From Octopus bimaculoides (Eukaryota): 64,000 nucleotides of DNA. The DNA lies in contig NC_068984.1 in assembly GCF_001194135.2 (NCBI RefSeq), forward strand, positions 80,179,488 to 80,243,487. The letters are read 5' to 3'. Under the pieces are notes generated by a model that had not been told where the DNA came from, did no database searches, and saw nothing but the letters and a program-made list of their open reading frames with translations. Every line of letters begins with the position of its first letter. Position 1 is the stretch's first letter. Below, piece after piece: positions 25,259 to 37,969 of this stretch. The translations under genes were made by a program, and so were the position numbers.

Positions 25259-25621
25259 TGTGTGTGTGTGTGTGTGTGCATACACATAAAGTTGCCATTG
25301 ATTACCAATGCTGGCAATATAACCTCAGTAACATCTTGCACCCAATCATTTTGGTAGCACTCTGTCTAATGCCTTGACCAACAATGATAAGCATAGAACT
25401 AAGCATGGCTGAACAAGGAAGGTTATTTAGGTGCAACCTTGCATTCAACAGTTCAGATTCCTTCTGCCTAACCCTCTCATAAGGTTTTGGTTGGCCCAGG
25501 GCTATAGGAGAAGACACTTGCCATAGGTGTCATGCAGTGTGACTGAACCCAGTATCATGTAGTTCAGAAGCTAACTTCTTACCACACATCCATGCCTGCA
25601 CCTATACACAGTCTTATACAT

Positions 25622-25659
<38 letters not shown>

Positions 25660-25674
25660 TGTTGTATTTCGGGA

Positions 25675-26068
25675 TACTCTCTCTTTTACTCTTTTACTTG
25701 TTTCAGTCATTTGACTGCGGCCATGCTGGAGCACCGCCTTTAGTCGAGCAATTCGACCCCAGGACTTATTCTTTGTAAGCCTAGTACTTATTCTATCGGT
25801 CTCTTTTGCTGAACCGCTAAGTGACGGGGACATAAATGCACCAGCATCGGTTGTCAAGCAATGCTAGGGGGACAAACACAGACACACAAACACACACACA
25901 CATATATATATATATACATATATACGACGGGCTTCTTTCAGTTTCCGTCTACCAAATCCACTCAGAAGGCTTTGGTTGGCCCGAGGCTATAGTAGAAGAC
26001 ACTTGCCCAAGGTGCCACGCAGTGGGACTGAACTCGGAACCATGTTGTTGGCAAGCAAGCTACTTACC
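25675..26068 (-). mobile_element. SINE family A copy, CpG-rich (young)
   Basis: Retains many CpGs; the head is truncated where it abuts MITE M. Confidence 0.9.
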
Positions 26069-26331
26069 ATGGTCATTTTTTTTTTTTGCTAAATAAACAC
26101 ATGCACCGTATATTAGTTCTTCACTCGTTTATTGCTGTTCTTATTTTTTACCTCATGTCCATTGTCTGGAAATCTTTCGTCACATCTATGACCTCTTCAG
26201 CGACACTTTCCATCTTCATGTTTGCTCCTGTTCTGCTTAGTCCATTAAAAATAAGAACAGTAATAAACGAGTGAAGAATGAATATATAGTACATGTGTTT
26301 ATTTGGCAAAAAAAAAAAAAAGAATGACCAT
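26069..26331. mobile_element. MITE family M with long TIRs
   Basis: Left atggtcatttttt..gctaaataaacacatgcaccgtatattagttcttcactcgtttattgctgttcttattttt is the reverse complement of right aaaaataagaacagtaataaacgagtgaagaatgaatatatagtacatgtgtttatttggcaaaa..gaatgaccat. Confidence 0.85.
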
Positions 26332-27022
26332 CCCAGAATACAACAGTATCGGTTTTAACATATGGTTTCGCATCAGGAATCTTGCAACACAAACTAAACA
26401 GAAGTCTAAACTACAATGGGTTTGTCTCATAGAGAATGTTTCTGGTTATTTTTGGGTACCGCCTCATATTATCCACTGTCTCTTCCTTTTCTTTTAAGTC
26501 AATCAGGTGATATATGAAGGAGAGTTGGCTGTTATTTCCACAGGTTGAGTGACCACTTTGAGGTTTCTCTTGTTGGCTTTTCACTTTTGAATTTGTCTGT
26601 CTATGATTGATCCAACTAGCTTGGAAGCTAATATACATATTAGTTAATATTTTTTCCATGTCATTGTTTGTTTGTACACATATGCACACACACACACACA
26701 CACGCATACATGCACACACACATACATGTACACACACATATTTATTATTAATAATAAAAAAAAGAATATAAAAAAAAATTTCAAAATATGTATCTTCATG
26801 TTTTAAGTTCTATTTTTCCTGTTTGTATCAGCAAACCTACACACACACACACACACACAGAAGCATTGCTCCTATGTATTGTAAATAAAATATTGTACAT
26901 ATTTTATACATAGTTAATATTCTATTTGCATTTCTAAACACACATATACACGCATGTATACAATATATACAGATACAGCTGTAGAATAAAATCAATGGAA
27001 AGCAATGGTGTATATATATATG

Positions 27023-27060
<38 letters not shown>

Positions 27061-27706
27061 TATATACATACATANNNNNNNNNNNNNNNNNNNNNNNNNN
27101 NNNNNNNNNNNNNNNNNNNNNNNNNNNNNNNNNNNNNNNNNNNNNNNNNNNNNNNNNNNNNNNNNNNNNNNNNNNNNNNNNNNNNNNNNNNNNNNNNNNN
27201 NNNNNNNNNNNNNNNNNNNNNNNNNNNNNNNNNNNNNNNNNNNNNNNNNNNNNNNNNNNNNNNNNNNNNNNNNNNNNNNNNNNNNNNNNNNNNNNNNNNN
27301 NNNNNNNNNNNNNNNNNNNNNNNNNNNNNNNNNNNNNNNNNNNNNNNNNNNNNNNNNNNNNNNNNNNNNNNNNNNNNNNNNNNNNNNNNNNNNNNNNNNN
27401 NNNNNNNNNNNNNNNNNNNNNNNNNNNNNNNNNNNNNNNNNNNNNNNNNNNNNNNNNNNNNNNNNNNNNNNNNNNNNNNNNNNNNNNNNNNNNNNNNNNN
27501 NNNNNNNNNNNNNNNNNNNNNNNNNNNNNNNNNNNNNNNNNNNNNNNNNNNNNNNNNNNNNNNNNNNNTTTTTTTTTTTTTTTTTTGTATGCGTGTGTGT
27601 GTGTTTTTGTATCTGAAATAGATTGCTTAAATGCAGTCAAACATATAGACTCATTTTATCTCTGCTTCTCTCTCTATCTGTCTGTCTTTTTCTCCATCTC
27701 TTCATA

Positions 27707-27751
<45 letters not shown>

Positions 27752-27964
27752 CCCTCTCTCCTGCTATCTGTCTTTCTGTGTCTCATGCACACACATTTAT
27801 GCATTACATACGGATATATCTATACAAATGAATGTACACGGATACATACACATATTTATATTGGCATATTTATACGCATGTCTAATGTTACAATTATAGC
27901 TGTATATTTTCACAATTGTGTACACACAATTGTATGGGCACACATCTCATAGAATTACATACAT

Positions 27965-28007
<43 letters not shown>

Positions 28008-29504
28008 GATAGATAGATAGATACACACACACACACACGCACACACACACATACATACACATGAGTGTATGTGAGAAGCAGCCATATGTATATATAACGT
28101 GCAACCACTATGTTAAGAATAAACTATCATAACACCTGTTTTTTGCTCAAACAGGTACAAAAAATTGTTTCCTACCCTGATTCATCTTCAGTGTCTTTGA
28201 TGGATATAGTAAATGCTTCACTATTCTAGTGAGCATCCAGTTTAATCTACAACAGACTGTTCTCTATAGCTATGATTTTTCAACCTTCTATGTCCTCCAT
28301 CACACTGACTAAAATGCTAAAGATATCACAGCACAACATCAGATTTTAAAATGCTTTATTGTTTATGAAGATGCATATTGGAAACAGATTGCTTTGAAAC
28401 AGGGATAGGTTACAACCATTGCTTGATGTCTAGACAAAGGTATGCACAAACAAATATGCACACACACACCTGCATATATCTTCAATCTTTTATTTGTTTC
28501 AGTCATTATACTACAGGTATGTTGGGGTGTCATCTTGAAGAGTTGTTAGTTGAATGAACAACCCTAGTACTTATTTGTATTTTTAAAGACTGATACTTAT
28601 TCCATCAATATTTTGCTGAAGACACCAACACTGGTTGCCAAGCAGTGGCTGGAAGCACACAAACATAAAGACACACACACACAAAGATTCATATATATAT
28701 ATATATATATATATANNNNNNNNNNNNNNNNNNNNNNNNNNNNNNNNNNNNNNNNNNNNNNNNNNNNNNNNNNNNNNNNNNNNNNNNNNNNNNNNNNNNN
28801 NNNNNNNNNNNNNNNNNNNNNNNNNNNNNNNNNNNNNNNNNNNNNNNNNNNNNNNNNNNNNNNNNNNNNNNNNNNNNNNNNNNNNNNNNNNNNNNNNNNN
28901 NNNNNNNNNNNNNNNNNNNNNNNNNNNNNNNNNNNNNNNNNNNNNNNNNNNNNNNNNNNNNNNNNNNNNNNNNNNNNNNNNNNNNNNNNNNNNNNNNNNN
29001 NNNNNNNNNNNNNNNNNNNNNNNNNNNNNNNNNNNNNNNNNNNNNNNNNNNNNNNNNNNNNNNNNNNNNNNNNNNNNNNNNNNNNNNNNNNNNNNNNNNN
29101 NNNNNNNNNNNNNNNNNNNNNNNNNNNNNNNNNNNNNNNNNNNNNNNNNNNNNNNNNNNNNNNNNNNNNNNNNNNNNNNNNNNNNNNNNNNNNNNNNNNN
29201 NNNNNNNNNNNNNNNNNNNNNNNNNNNNNNNNNNNNNTATATATATATATATACATACATACATACATACATACATACATACATACATACATACATACAT
29301 ACATACATGCATACATGAGTAAGCACATAAATGCAGAACAAGGTGGAAAAAATAGTACTCGAATACCAAAGGTAGAGTAATATAGTTTTTGTACTAAAGC
29401 TGCAAAAACATAACAAAAACTGTTACTCTGAGTTTCACTTTCCCATTTGTCAGACAGTTTTTGTGATATTTTTGCAACTTGAAAATAAAGTATATATATA
29501 CATA

Positions 29505-29790
29505 TATCATCATCATTATCATCATCATTTAACGTCCGTTTTCCATGCTGGCATGGGTTGGATGGTTTGACTGGGGACTGGGAAGACAGGAAGCTGCATC
29601 AGGCTCCAATTTGATTTGGCAAGGTTTTTACAACTGGATGCCCTTCCTAATGCCAACCACTTCAAGAGTGTAGTGGGTACTTTTTATATGCCACCGGCAT
29701 GGGAGCCAGTCAGGTGGCACTGACATCAGCCATGGTGCTTTTTACGTACCACTGGCATAGGAACCAGTCGGGGGTAGGGAGCCAGTAAGC
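29505..29790 (-). mobile_element. Family B element
   Basis: (ATC)n tail, B body, and subunits gccaccggcatgggagccagtcagg. Confidence 0.85.
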
Positions 29791-30372
29791 TGGTAGGGAG
29801 AAAGAGAGTGAGAGAAACAATAGATTTCTTTCAGGTTTTGTCTAACAGATCCACTAACAAAGTTTTGGTTAGCCCTGGGTTATAGTAGAAGATACTTGCC
29901 CAAGGTGCAACACACTGGGACTGAGCCCAAGACTACATGATTGGTAAGCAAACTTTTTACCACACCACCATATGTATACACACACACACACACGCACACA
30001 CACTCAGCCATTTATAGAGAAGAGAATGGTAAAATTGTTTTGTCTTCTGATTCCATTTATGTTTAGGATTCATTATAGGAACATAAATCAACTCCATTAT
30101 TTTTTTTGTATATAAAGTATACTGTTACAGTTTCTCAAATGAAACACAACAAAACAAAAATTAATTTCCCCCAAAGCCAGAGACGAAACCAAAAGTTAAA
30201 CAGACAAACAAACAGATAGCCAGACAAACGTACTGACAAATAGACGTTAGATATAAATAGAGAAATAGAAGAAAGAATCAAAATGAACTTTTGTAAATCA
30301 AGTAACTAGAAAAGTGTTATTATGTAGAGTGGCTATATAATCAAGGAGTTCTTACTCTCTTCCTCTCTTTCC

Positions 30373-30406
<34 letters not shown>

Positions 30407-30799
30407 TGCTTTTCTTTGTTCTTCTCTCTCTTCCGCTTTGTCTTTCTTTCTCCCAATTTCTCTCTTGCTCTCCATTTCTCCATTTCTCCATCTGTCTTGC
30501 TATGCTAAGTAAGTAAGTAATTAAGAAACTTTCTTCTCTCCCTTCTTTAATCCTCTTCTTTTTTCTCCTCCTCCTCCTCCTTTCTCACTTTCTGTCTCGG
30601 TCCCTCTCACCTTAACCCTTTTTATTTTTAATCTGTCTGTCTGTCTGTCTCTCTCTGTCTTCCTTTCCCTTTTATTTCTACCTATGTTGCTTGAAGTTTT
30701 ATGTAAAGCACCTATATAATTAAGGAACTCTCTCTCTCTCTCTCTCTCTCTCTTCTATTTTTCTTTCTTTCACTCTATCTCCATTCTCTTCCTATCTCT

Positions 30800-30801
30800 A
30801 T

Positions 30802-30847
<46 letters not shown>

Positions 30848-30883
30848 CCATACCTGCCCATTCACCTATGCATACATCCTTGC

Positions 30884-30918
<35 letters not shown>

Positions 30919-31020
30919 CCTCTATACCCCCCATCTATCTATTTATCTATCTATCTATCTATCTATTTATCTATCTATCTCTCCATCCACCCATAAACCA
31001 ACCAACCAACCAACCAACTG
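30800..31020. repeat. (CT)n, (TATC)n and (CCAA)n compound microsatellite
   Basis: Direct reading. Confidence 0.95.
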
Positions 31021-32109
31021 TAGGAGACAGCATGCAGTTTAATTCACATTATGTTATCAGGGATGAGGGTACTGAAATTTTATTTTTTATTTTATATTTG
31101 TTTTTGAAGAGAGATGGGAAAGTAGTTATGTGGGTAATTAGAATCCTATCTCATCTATTATGGAAGATGATAAGTGTCACAAAATTACACATTGCTCATG
31201 AGTTCTTGAGACATGTTTAACATTAGCCTATTTTAAATGCGAGCTCTGATGTTGGAAGCATGATGTGTGTGTGTGGAGAGAGAGAGCAGGAAGCTAAACC
31301 TTGAAGGGAGAGATGAATAAGTGAGACTATAGAAGAGAAAGGAGTAGGGACTTATATAGTAGAGAGTGAGAGAGTTTGTTCTTTTGTGTGTGTATGTGTA
31401 TGTTACAAAGTTAGATATGCAGTATGATAGTGTGCGTGTGTGTATGGGAGAGAGAGAGAGAGAAACAGAAAGGCAGAAGTAGAAAGAAAGAGATAAAAGG
31501 AAGTTAGAAGATAAATCAGGAATGAGAAAGCTACCAGTAAAGGCTATAGGCATGGTCTCTCCTTCCAGAAGAACCAATATAAAAATTGGAAAAAAAAGGG
31601 AACAAATAATGGCAGGTAGAGATAATGAAAATATAATAATAAAGTGCTCACTGCATACAGTGCCTTAGATGCACTAAAACCTGTCAGAAAAGGGTAAAAA
31701 AAAGGGAACAGAAAGTGGAAATACTCATAAGTCAAACAAAGAAAGAATGCAACGATAGAGAATTCTTTTATTTGGTCCACATCCAGAGAGATACTGTGTG
31801 TGTGTGTTTGTGTGTATGAGTGAGTAAATGATTGGATGCACATGTGTTGGTATTTAAAGTGCTACAAAAAGATAATATTGATGCAATGGCAAAGTACTCA
31901 AAATGGTGAGCCATTTCACTTGCCACAGGAACCCTATAACTGGATGAATGTTTTAAGCTTTATTGTGCACCATGGTAGTCCGTTGTATTTTTGATCCAGA
32001 GCTGACTGATGCCTTGTTTTATTGACACCTAAAATAAAAAGCAAAATTTGATCAGCTTCCTTTCATGATACTATGGGTTCATTTATTGCAGTCAGCTCAA
32101 TTCATCTTC

Positions 32110-33470
32110 CAAGTACCAGTGGAGAGTTTAAGGAAGTACATTATTGAAAATGATGTGATACTTGGTTGTTCTGATAGTAATAATAGGAGAGGTGAAGAAA
32201 CATTAGCTTAAGGAAGGGAGAACTGAAGCTGGAGCTAGAAAGCAATGATATAAGCAGAAAAATTTACACAGAAAGGTTTTTCAAAGTACTGCAGAATATT
32301 GAGATGAGAAATCATGTTAATGGCTAAAGAAGAGAGGTTTGAAAAAAAAACACTGGGTTTGATCCAAACTATGCAGGATTAAGCAATCAGAAAAAGATAA
32401 AGTGAAAAGAATATAAAGAAGACATTGCTATTCATGAGGCTTTTTCAGAAGGAAAGGTCTATAGGAGTTGTGTGAGAGCTGCAATGCTGTATGGGAGTGA
32501 GACATGGTGTTTGCGAGATAGAGAGATGGCAATTTTGAGAAGGACTGAGAGAGCAGTGGTGAGAGAAATGTGTGGTGTGAGGCTGTTTGATAAGAGGAGG
32601 ACTGAGGATTTGATGGGAATGCNNNNNNNNNNAATGTGTGGTGTGAGGCTGTTTGATAAGAGGAGGACTGAGGATTTGATGGGAATGCTGGGGTTGGAGG
32701 AATCGGTGGAATGGTTGGCAAGGGCGAATGGAGTGCTGTAGTATGGGCATGTGTTGAGGAGGGATGTGGAGCATGTTCCGAGGAGGGTGCAATAGTTTGA
32801 GGTGAATGGACAGCGAAAGTGAGGTTAACTGAGGAAAATGTGGAGGAGACAGGTGGAGGAGGAGATTGGGAGGGTTGGCTTGAGAAGGGAGGATGTCCAA
32901 AACCGGGTAAGATGGTGTGAGGGTTGTTGGTATGGCATTGAGGTAGATCCAGCCACCCCCGTTAACGGGGACTAAACCTGGATTCAAAATGATGAATGAT
33001 GATGATGATGACATTGCAGCTGAATCTATGATGATAGACGAAAGGCAGTTGCATGTGTAGTCTTTGAATGTAAAACGTTTAATCAGACAGTCTATAAGAA
33101 CTGGAGACATGACAAAATAACTACAATCTTCCATTGGTGAATTTGTAACGAATATGGATTTGATCATGTTGAAGAATATTGTGTGCATGAAACAAAACAT
33201 GTCCTTCAAAATGACCATGTAAAGGTATTGTGGAATGGGAGAAGTGAAATAGATAGACAAAAGAAATATTCATGCCCAGATATTGTCATACTTAGTAAAG
33301 AAGAGTGTGTTATTTAATTAATGTTGCCTGCTTGTTTGAGTGGCAGAGCAAAACTATGAGAAAACAGAACCTAAAATACAAACTTCAGTGAATCAGAAAT
33401 TGTTAACGTTACACCACTTGCAATAAGAGCCTTAGGAGCATGGCAAGAAGTTTGAATGGTTGATTGAAGA
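32110..33470 (+). pseudogene. Decayed R4/Dong-like element C-terminal region, interrupted by an RTE insertion
   Basis: Before the insertion: DEKSC*WLKKRGLKKKTLGLIQTMQD*AIRKR. After it: CVVFECKTFNQTVYKNWRHDKITTIFHW*ICNEYGFDHVEEY..VLQNDHVKVLWN..CPDIVILSKEECVI (zinc-knuckle remnant plus RLE). Confidence 0.75.
32429..33009 (+). mobile_element. 5'-truncated RTE-clade LINE with 8-bp TSD
   Basis: GKVYRSCVRAAMLYGSETWCLRDREMAILRRTERAVVREMCG..YGHVLRRD; (GAT)n tail; gacattgc at 32421-32428 and 33010-33017. Confidence 0.9.
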
Positions 33471-33663
33471 TGTTGGATATCAAGATGACTTTCCTGTTTT
33501 AATAGAAAGCTTCTTTGTTTGCTACAACAAGGACAATAACAGCAAGGTGCTAAGTAGTTAAGGTTGTAAGATGTAGCTTTGATATCTAGCAATCCAATAT
33601 CACTAAAGCCACAAATACTGAGTGAATGAAGGGAATAATAGTAATAATGATAATAATAAAAGA

Positions 33664-34220
33664 AATTTAAAAAAACAGAAAGCAACCATACTCTGGGATA
33701 TGCCAATACACACAGATAGAGAAATTAAGGCAAATAGACCAGATATAGTTGTCAAAGATCATGAAGAAAAAAAATGCTTTCTAATTGATGTATCAATACC
33801 AGCAGATGACAACGTTTCCCTAAAAGAAATGGAAAAACTTTCAAAATACAAAGACCTGGAAATAGAGGTAACTCGAATGTGGAATCTAAAAACAGAAACA
33901 ATTCCTATCATAGTAGGTGCCTTAGGTATAATAAAAAATATTNNNNNNNNNNNNNNNNNNNNNNNNNNNNNNNNNNNNNNNNNNNNNNNNNNNNNNNNNN
34001 NNNNNNNNNNNNNNNNNNNNNNNNNNNNNNNNNNNNNNNNNNNNNNNNNNNNNNNNNNNNNNNNNNNNNNNNNNNNNNNNNNNNNNNNNNNNNNNNNNNN
34101 NNNNNNNNNNNNNNNNNNNNNNNNNNNNNNNNNNNNNNNNNNNNNNNNNNNNNNNNNNNNNNNNNNNNNACAGAGCTGCGCTCGGTAGTGAAGTGAAAGC
34201 ACGTTATAAAAATAAAACTA

Positions 34221-34258
<38 letters not shown>

Positions 34259-34270
34259 TAATAATAATAT
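33664..34270 (+). mobile_element. 3' end of an RLE-type (R4/Dong-like) element: intact endonuclease segment plus (AAT)n tail
   Basis: KATILWDMPIHTDREIKANRPDIVVKDHEEKKCFLIDVSIPADDNVSLKEMEKLSKYKDLEIEVTRMWNLKTETIPIIVGALG (PD..D..K); gap at 33943-34170; 3' UTR followed by (AAT)n. Confidence 0.9.
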
Positions 34271-34273
34271 TAT

Positions 34274-34522
34274 TCAGGGACCTTTTGAGTGGGATGGGCT
34301 ACTCGACCTAAAGAAAATTCTAACTGGGCCCCACTTGCGAGGTCATGCGCTGTTTATCTTGATATGAGATCACCATATCGCGCACATATGGTTGTGATGC
34401 ATATGCCTGGTGTACCCTTATCAGACGGGTAATCATGATGGGTATAATGGGCTTCGTATATTTTACCCCAGTGTCACTTTGATGGCATGCACTGCTCTCT
34501 CACTCAATAATAATAATAATAA
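34274..34522 (+). repeat. AAT-flanked interspersed repeat (probable LINE 3' UTR or SINE)
   Basis: GC-richer ~250-bp block bounded by (AAT)n on both sides; family not assigned. Confidence 0.5.
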
Positions 34523-34739
34523 TAAGCTGCAGCACACACCACCTCACCAACACAAAAGTGCAACCAATGATGCAATAGCAAGCTGCTTGAAGCTATCAGG
34601 TGTCGAAAAATAATAGTGGTGATGACATTGGTGATAAACGTTACCTTACCTCAGTTTATGAGAGACAGGTGTTTCCGTAGAAATAACGAAAATTAAGCTG
34701 GGTCTTTAAGAGAAGGCCTCTCGCTCAGCAGTGGTTCAG

Positions 34740-35395
34740 TGAAGATGCAGACTGACCATGGCTGTTATCCTAATAGAGTAAGGAGGAGGAAGTGGACCAG
34801 TATAAAAAACAGGATAGTGATGCAGTGCTACTTAGAAAGTGAACCTAAAAGAAGGGACTACAGAAAACGGATGTTAACACTTTGGGTAGAGAAGGGCATG
34901 TTTAAAGTGACTGAGCTAATGCTATTAGGAGAAGAAAGTGGATGACAGAATTGGAGGTGGAAGAGATTGCAAGAGAACTGGAAAAGAAAGACCAGGCAGT
35001 AGGAAAGACAAATGACAACATAAGAGATACAGCTCTACCAATAAGGAAGGGACAATTGGCATCAGTGACTTAAGTGGTTTATGTGAAGAAGATCAGAAGA
35101 TTTTAGATGAGTTGCAGGAAGTAATGAGTAAAGAAGTAAGAAAAAGGTTGCCAGCATTAAAAGGTTCCAACAAAAGAAGCTGCTAGATGGGACAAGGAAA
35201 GTAGATTCTGTTATCAGTAGGATAGATACTAAAGATATAGGAGACACTAATTTATGCAGAAGATTAGATATTCCTCAAAGAAAGATTAAAAAAGAGCAAA
35301 TGTGTAAAAGGAGATTACAAAATAAAGTGAAGACTTTAAGACAAGATCTGAGTAGAATAGAAGCCTAGAAACTGAACAAGTTAGGAAACTAAAAG
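34740..35395 (+). pseudogene. N-terminal ORF fragment of an R4/Dong-like element
   Basis: RRRKWTSIKNRIVMQCYLESEPKRRDYRKRMLTLWVEKGMFKVTE..WMTELEVEEIARELE..RRLQNKVKTLRQDLSRIEA, resembling the N-terminal domain of this clade; frameshifted. Confidence 0.75.
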
Positions 35396-35576
35396 CAAAA
35401 GGCCTGAAATTTTGGTGGGAGGGGACTAGTCAATTACATCAACTCCAGTGTTTTACTGGTACTTAATTTATCATCCCTGAAAGCATGAAAGACAAAGTGA
35501 AACTCAGCGGCATTCGAACCCAGAATGTGTAGACATGAAATACCATAATAATATTAATAATAATAATAATAATAAC

Positions 35577-35940
35577 AACAAGAGCACTCAGAGAGTGCAA
35601 AACTCTGCCTAGGTAACACCAACGTCCTCTCAACGGTTTGCCAGAGATGAATTTTAAAATGAGAATATCTGAAATAAACTCAACTGCACTCACAAATGAG
35701 AATACTAAAAATGAACCCGACCACTCTCAAAAATTAAGTTAAAAAATAGGAAAAATAATCCAAAATCCTTGTCCAGCACCAGATCGATCTCAAAACCAAA
35801 TCAGTTTGTGCCACTCATGAGGCCAAACATCCCTGAAAGTTTCATCCAAATCCATCCAGCGGTTCTTGAGATATCTTGTACACAGACAAACAAACAAAAC
35901 AACTGAAAACAATGTCTGCCTTCGCTAAGGTGGAGGTAAT
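35577..35940 (+). mobile_element. Helentron/DINE-1-like non-autonomous element
   Basis: 5' subterminal actctgcctagg; 3' aagtttcatccaaatccatccagcggttcttgagatatc..acagacaaacaaac..gaaaacaat..ccttcgctaaggtggaggtaat with a terminal hairpin; inserted in (AAT)n. Confidence 0.65.
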
Positions 35941-36231
35941 AATAATAATAATAATAGCAGTAATAATAATAACAACAACAATAATAATAATAGGAATAAT
36001 AATAAAGGGAATAAGAATTCTGTTACAAGCACAAAGCCTGAAATTTTAGGAGAAGTGACTAATAAATTACATCAGCCCCAGTGCTCAGCTGATAATTTTT
36101 TTATTGACTCTAAACGAATGAAAGGCAAAGTCGACTTTGGCTCAGAATTTGAACTCAACATAAAACCAGAGGAAAAGCTGCTAAGCATTTTGTCTGGCAT
36201 GCTAATGATTCTGCCAGCTTGTCACCTTGAT

Positions 36232-36298
36232 TATGATGATGATAATAATATCAATAATAACAATGATAATATCAATGATAATAATAATAATAATAATG

Positions 36299-36338
<40 letters not shown>
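36232..36338. repeat. (AAT)n/(GAT)n microsatellite
   Basis: Direct reading. Confidence 0.95.
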
Positions 36339-36339
<1 letters not shown>

Positions 36340-36423
36340 CTGTCACAAATCAATACAAGCGGAGGGAGTATCACAAAGTGCAGAGGTAGATAATTAAGTT
36401 TAGTTCCTCATTTAATCAAATAG

Positions 36424-36530
36424 ATTTCCTATGCATCGTCATTTGCCAAGAATTTCCAACTACGAGAAGAAGGCAGAGCTTGCTTTCTCACCGATACACC
36501 CCACAAAATGATACGGAGGGACGCACACAT
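36424..36530 (+). CDS. Candidate exon in unique CpG-retaining sequence (frame unresolved)
   Basis: caaatag|A acceptor and CAT|gtgagc donor; two frames are open throughout and the third reads FPMHRHLPRISNYEKKAELAFSPIHPTK* (stop 36509-36511). Confidence 0.25.
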
Positions 36531-37124
36531 GTGAGCTTCTGGTTCAGTGAACTTTCATCACCACAGTAAATTACATTGCTTCAGACCACCTTTCAATACC
36601 CACCTTTTACTCTCCATTCATCTATTACTACCACCTTTCTCCCTTTCTCTCTCTCTATTTCCCACCCCTTAATCCTCTCTCTCCCTTTCTCTCTTATGCA
36701 CAAACTTAACTATCTCTACAGATTCATATACACACATCCATTCTAATTTAATCGTGAAGGATGGATGATTGGCTAATTGTTCACATTCTGCTCTACAGAT
36801 GCTCTCTCAATCTTTCTCTTCCATTCTTTTATCTCTCTGTCTCTTACTCCATATCTTTCCATCTGCTCTTTTCTTCTCTTCTCTCTCCATTTTCTCTCCC
36901 TCGTTTTCTGCTCCCCACCTACTCTCCCCCACTCCCCACCTACTATCCCCCTCCACTCTACTCTCCCTCACCCCCCTCTCTCTCATGCTAACTAGCACAT
37001 GTTTACATTTCTGCACACATTCATATACTCATGCACATACACCTGTTCTATTTCAATCTTGGAGAATTATTAGGTAATTGCTCTCATTATTCTCTTCCTT
37101 TCATTATAAGTGTTATTAACAGCT

Positions 37125-37207
37125 ACTATCTATCTGTCTGTATGCCTGCCTGCCTATCTATCTATCTATCCATCTATCCATCTATCTATCTATCTATCTA
37201 TCTATCC

Positions 37208-37270
<63 letters not shown>

Positions 37271-37444
37271 NNNNNNNNNNNNNNNNNNNNNNNNNNNNNN
37301 NNNNNNNNNNNNNNNNNNNNNNNNNNNNNNNNNNNNNNNNNNNNNNNNNNNNNNNNNNNNNNNNNNNNNNNNNNNNNNNNNNNNNNNNNNNNNNNNNNNN
37401 NNNNNNNNNNNNNNNNNNNNNNNNNNNNNNNNNNNNNNNNNNNN

Positions 37445-37507
<63 letters not shown>

Positions 37508-37520
37508 ATATATATATAAT
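37125..37520. repeat. (TATC)n, gap, (CA)n microsatellite
   Basis: Direct reading. Confidence 0.95.
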
Positions 37521-37969
37521 GCCAGGTTGGTATGAGTACTAGTGGTAACATGTAATCCAGTACAAACCTACTTCAATTGCCAGTGACTAAATCAGCACTT
37601 GACCCAATAGTTGAAGAGAGATGCTAAAAATCTGGTAGGAGCAAAAACAAGATCTGTCAAAAGGGGCAGAACCCAGTATAGGGGTGTCAATGATTATCTC
37701 ACAATCACATGTGGGGGACATAGAAAAGCTGAAGATAATGAACGAGCAAGTTGTAAGACTCCTTTGAGAATGATGTTCCTTGGTTTTTCTCAGATTACCT
37801 ATCGTCAAGTTGGATATTCTTAAGGGTAGCCTGAGGGTCATTCAGTTTCTGGTTGCCCTTAATCAATGCTGGGCCACTGAAAGGAAAGCTATTCTGACTG
37901 TAAATCAAATCCAGTTGTGTGCACACTTCATCCTCCTCATCCTCATTGATATCATTATTTAATGTCCAT

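Noticed and set aside
32567-32688. 56-bp direct repeat across a 10-N gap
   Set aside because: Typical unmerged contig overlap; assembly artefact.
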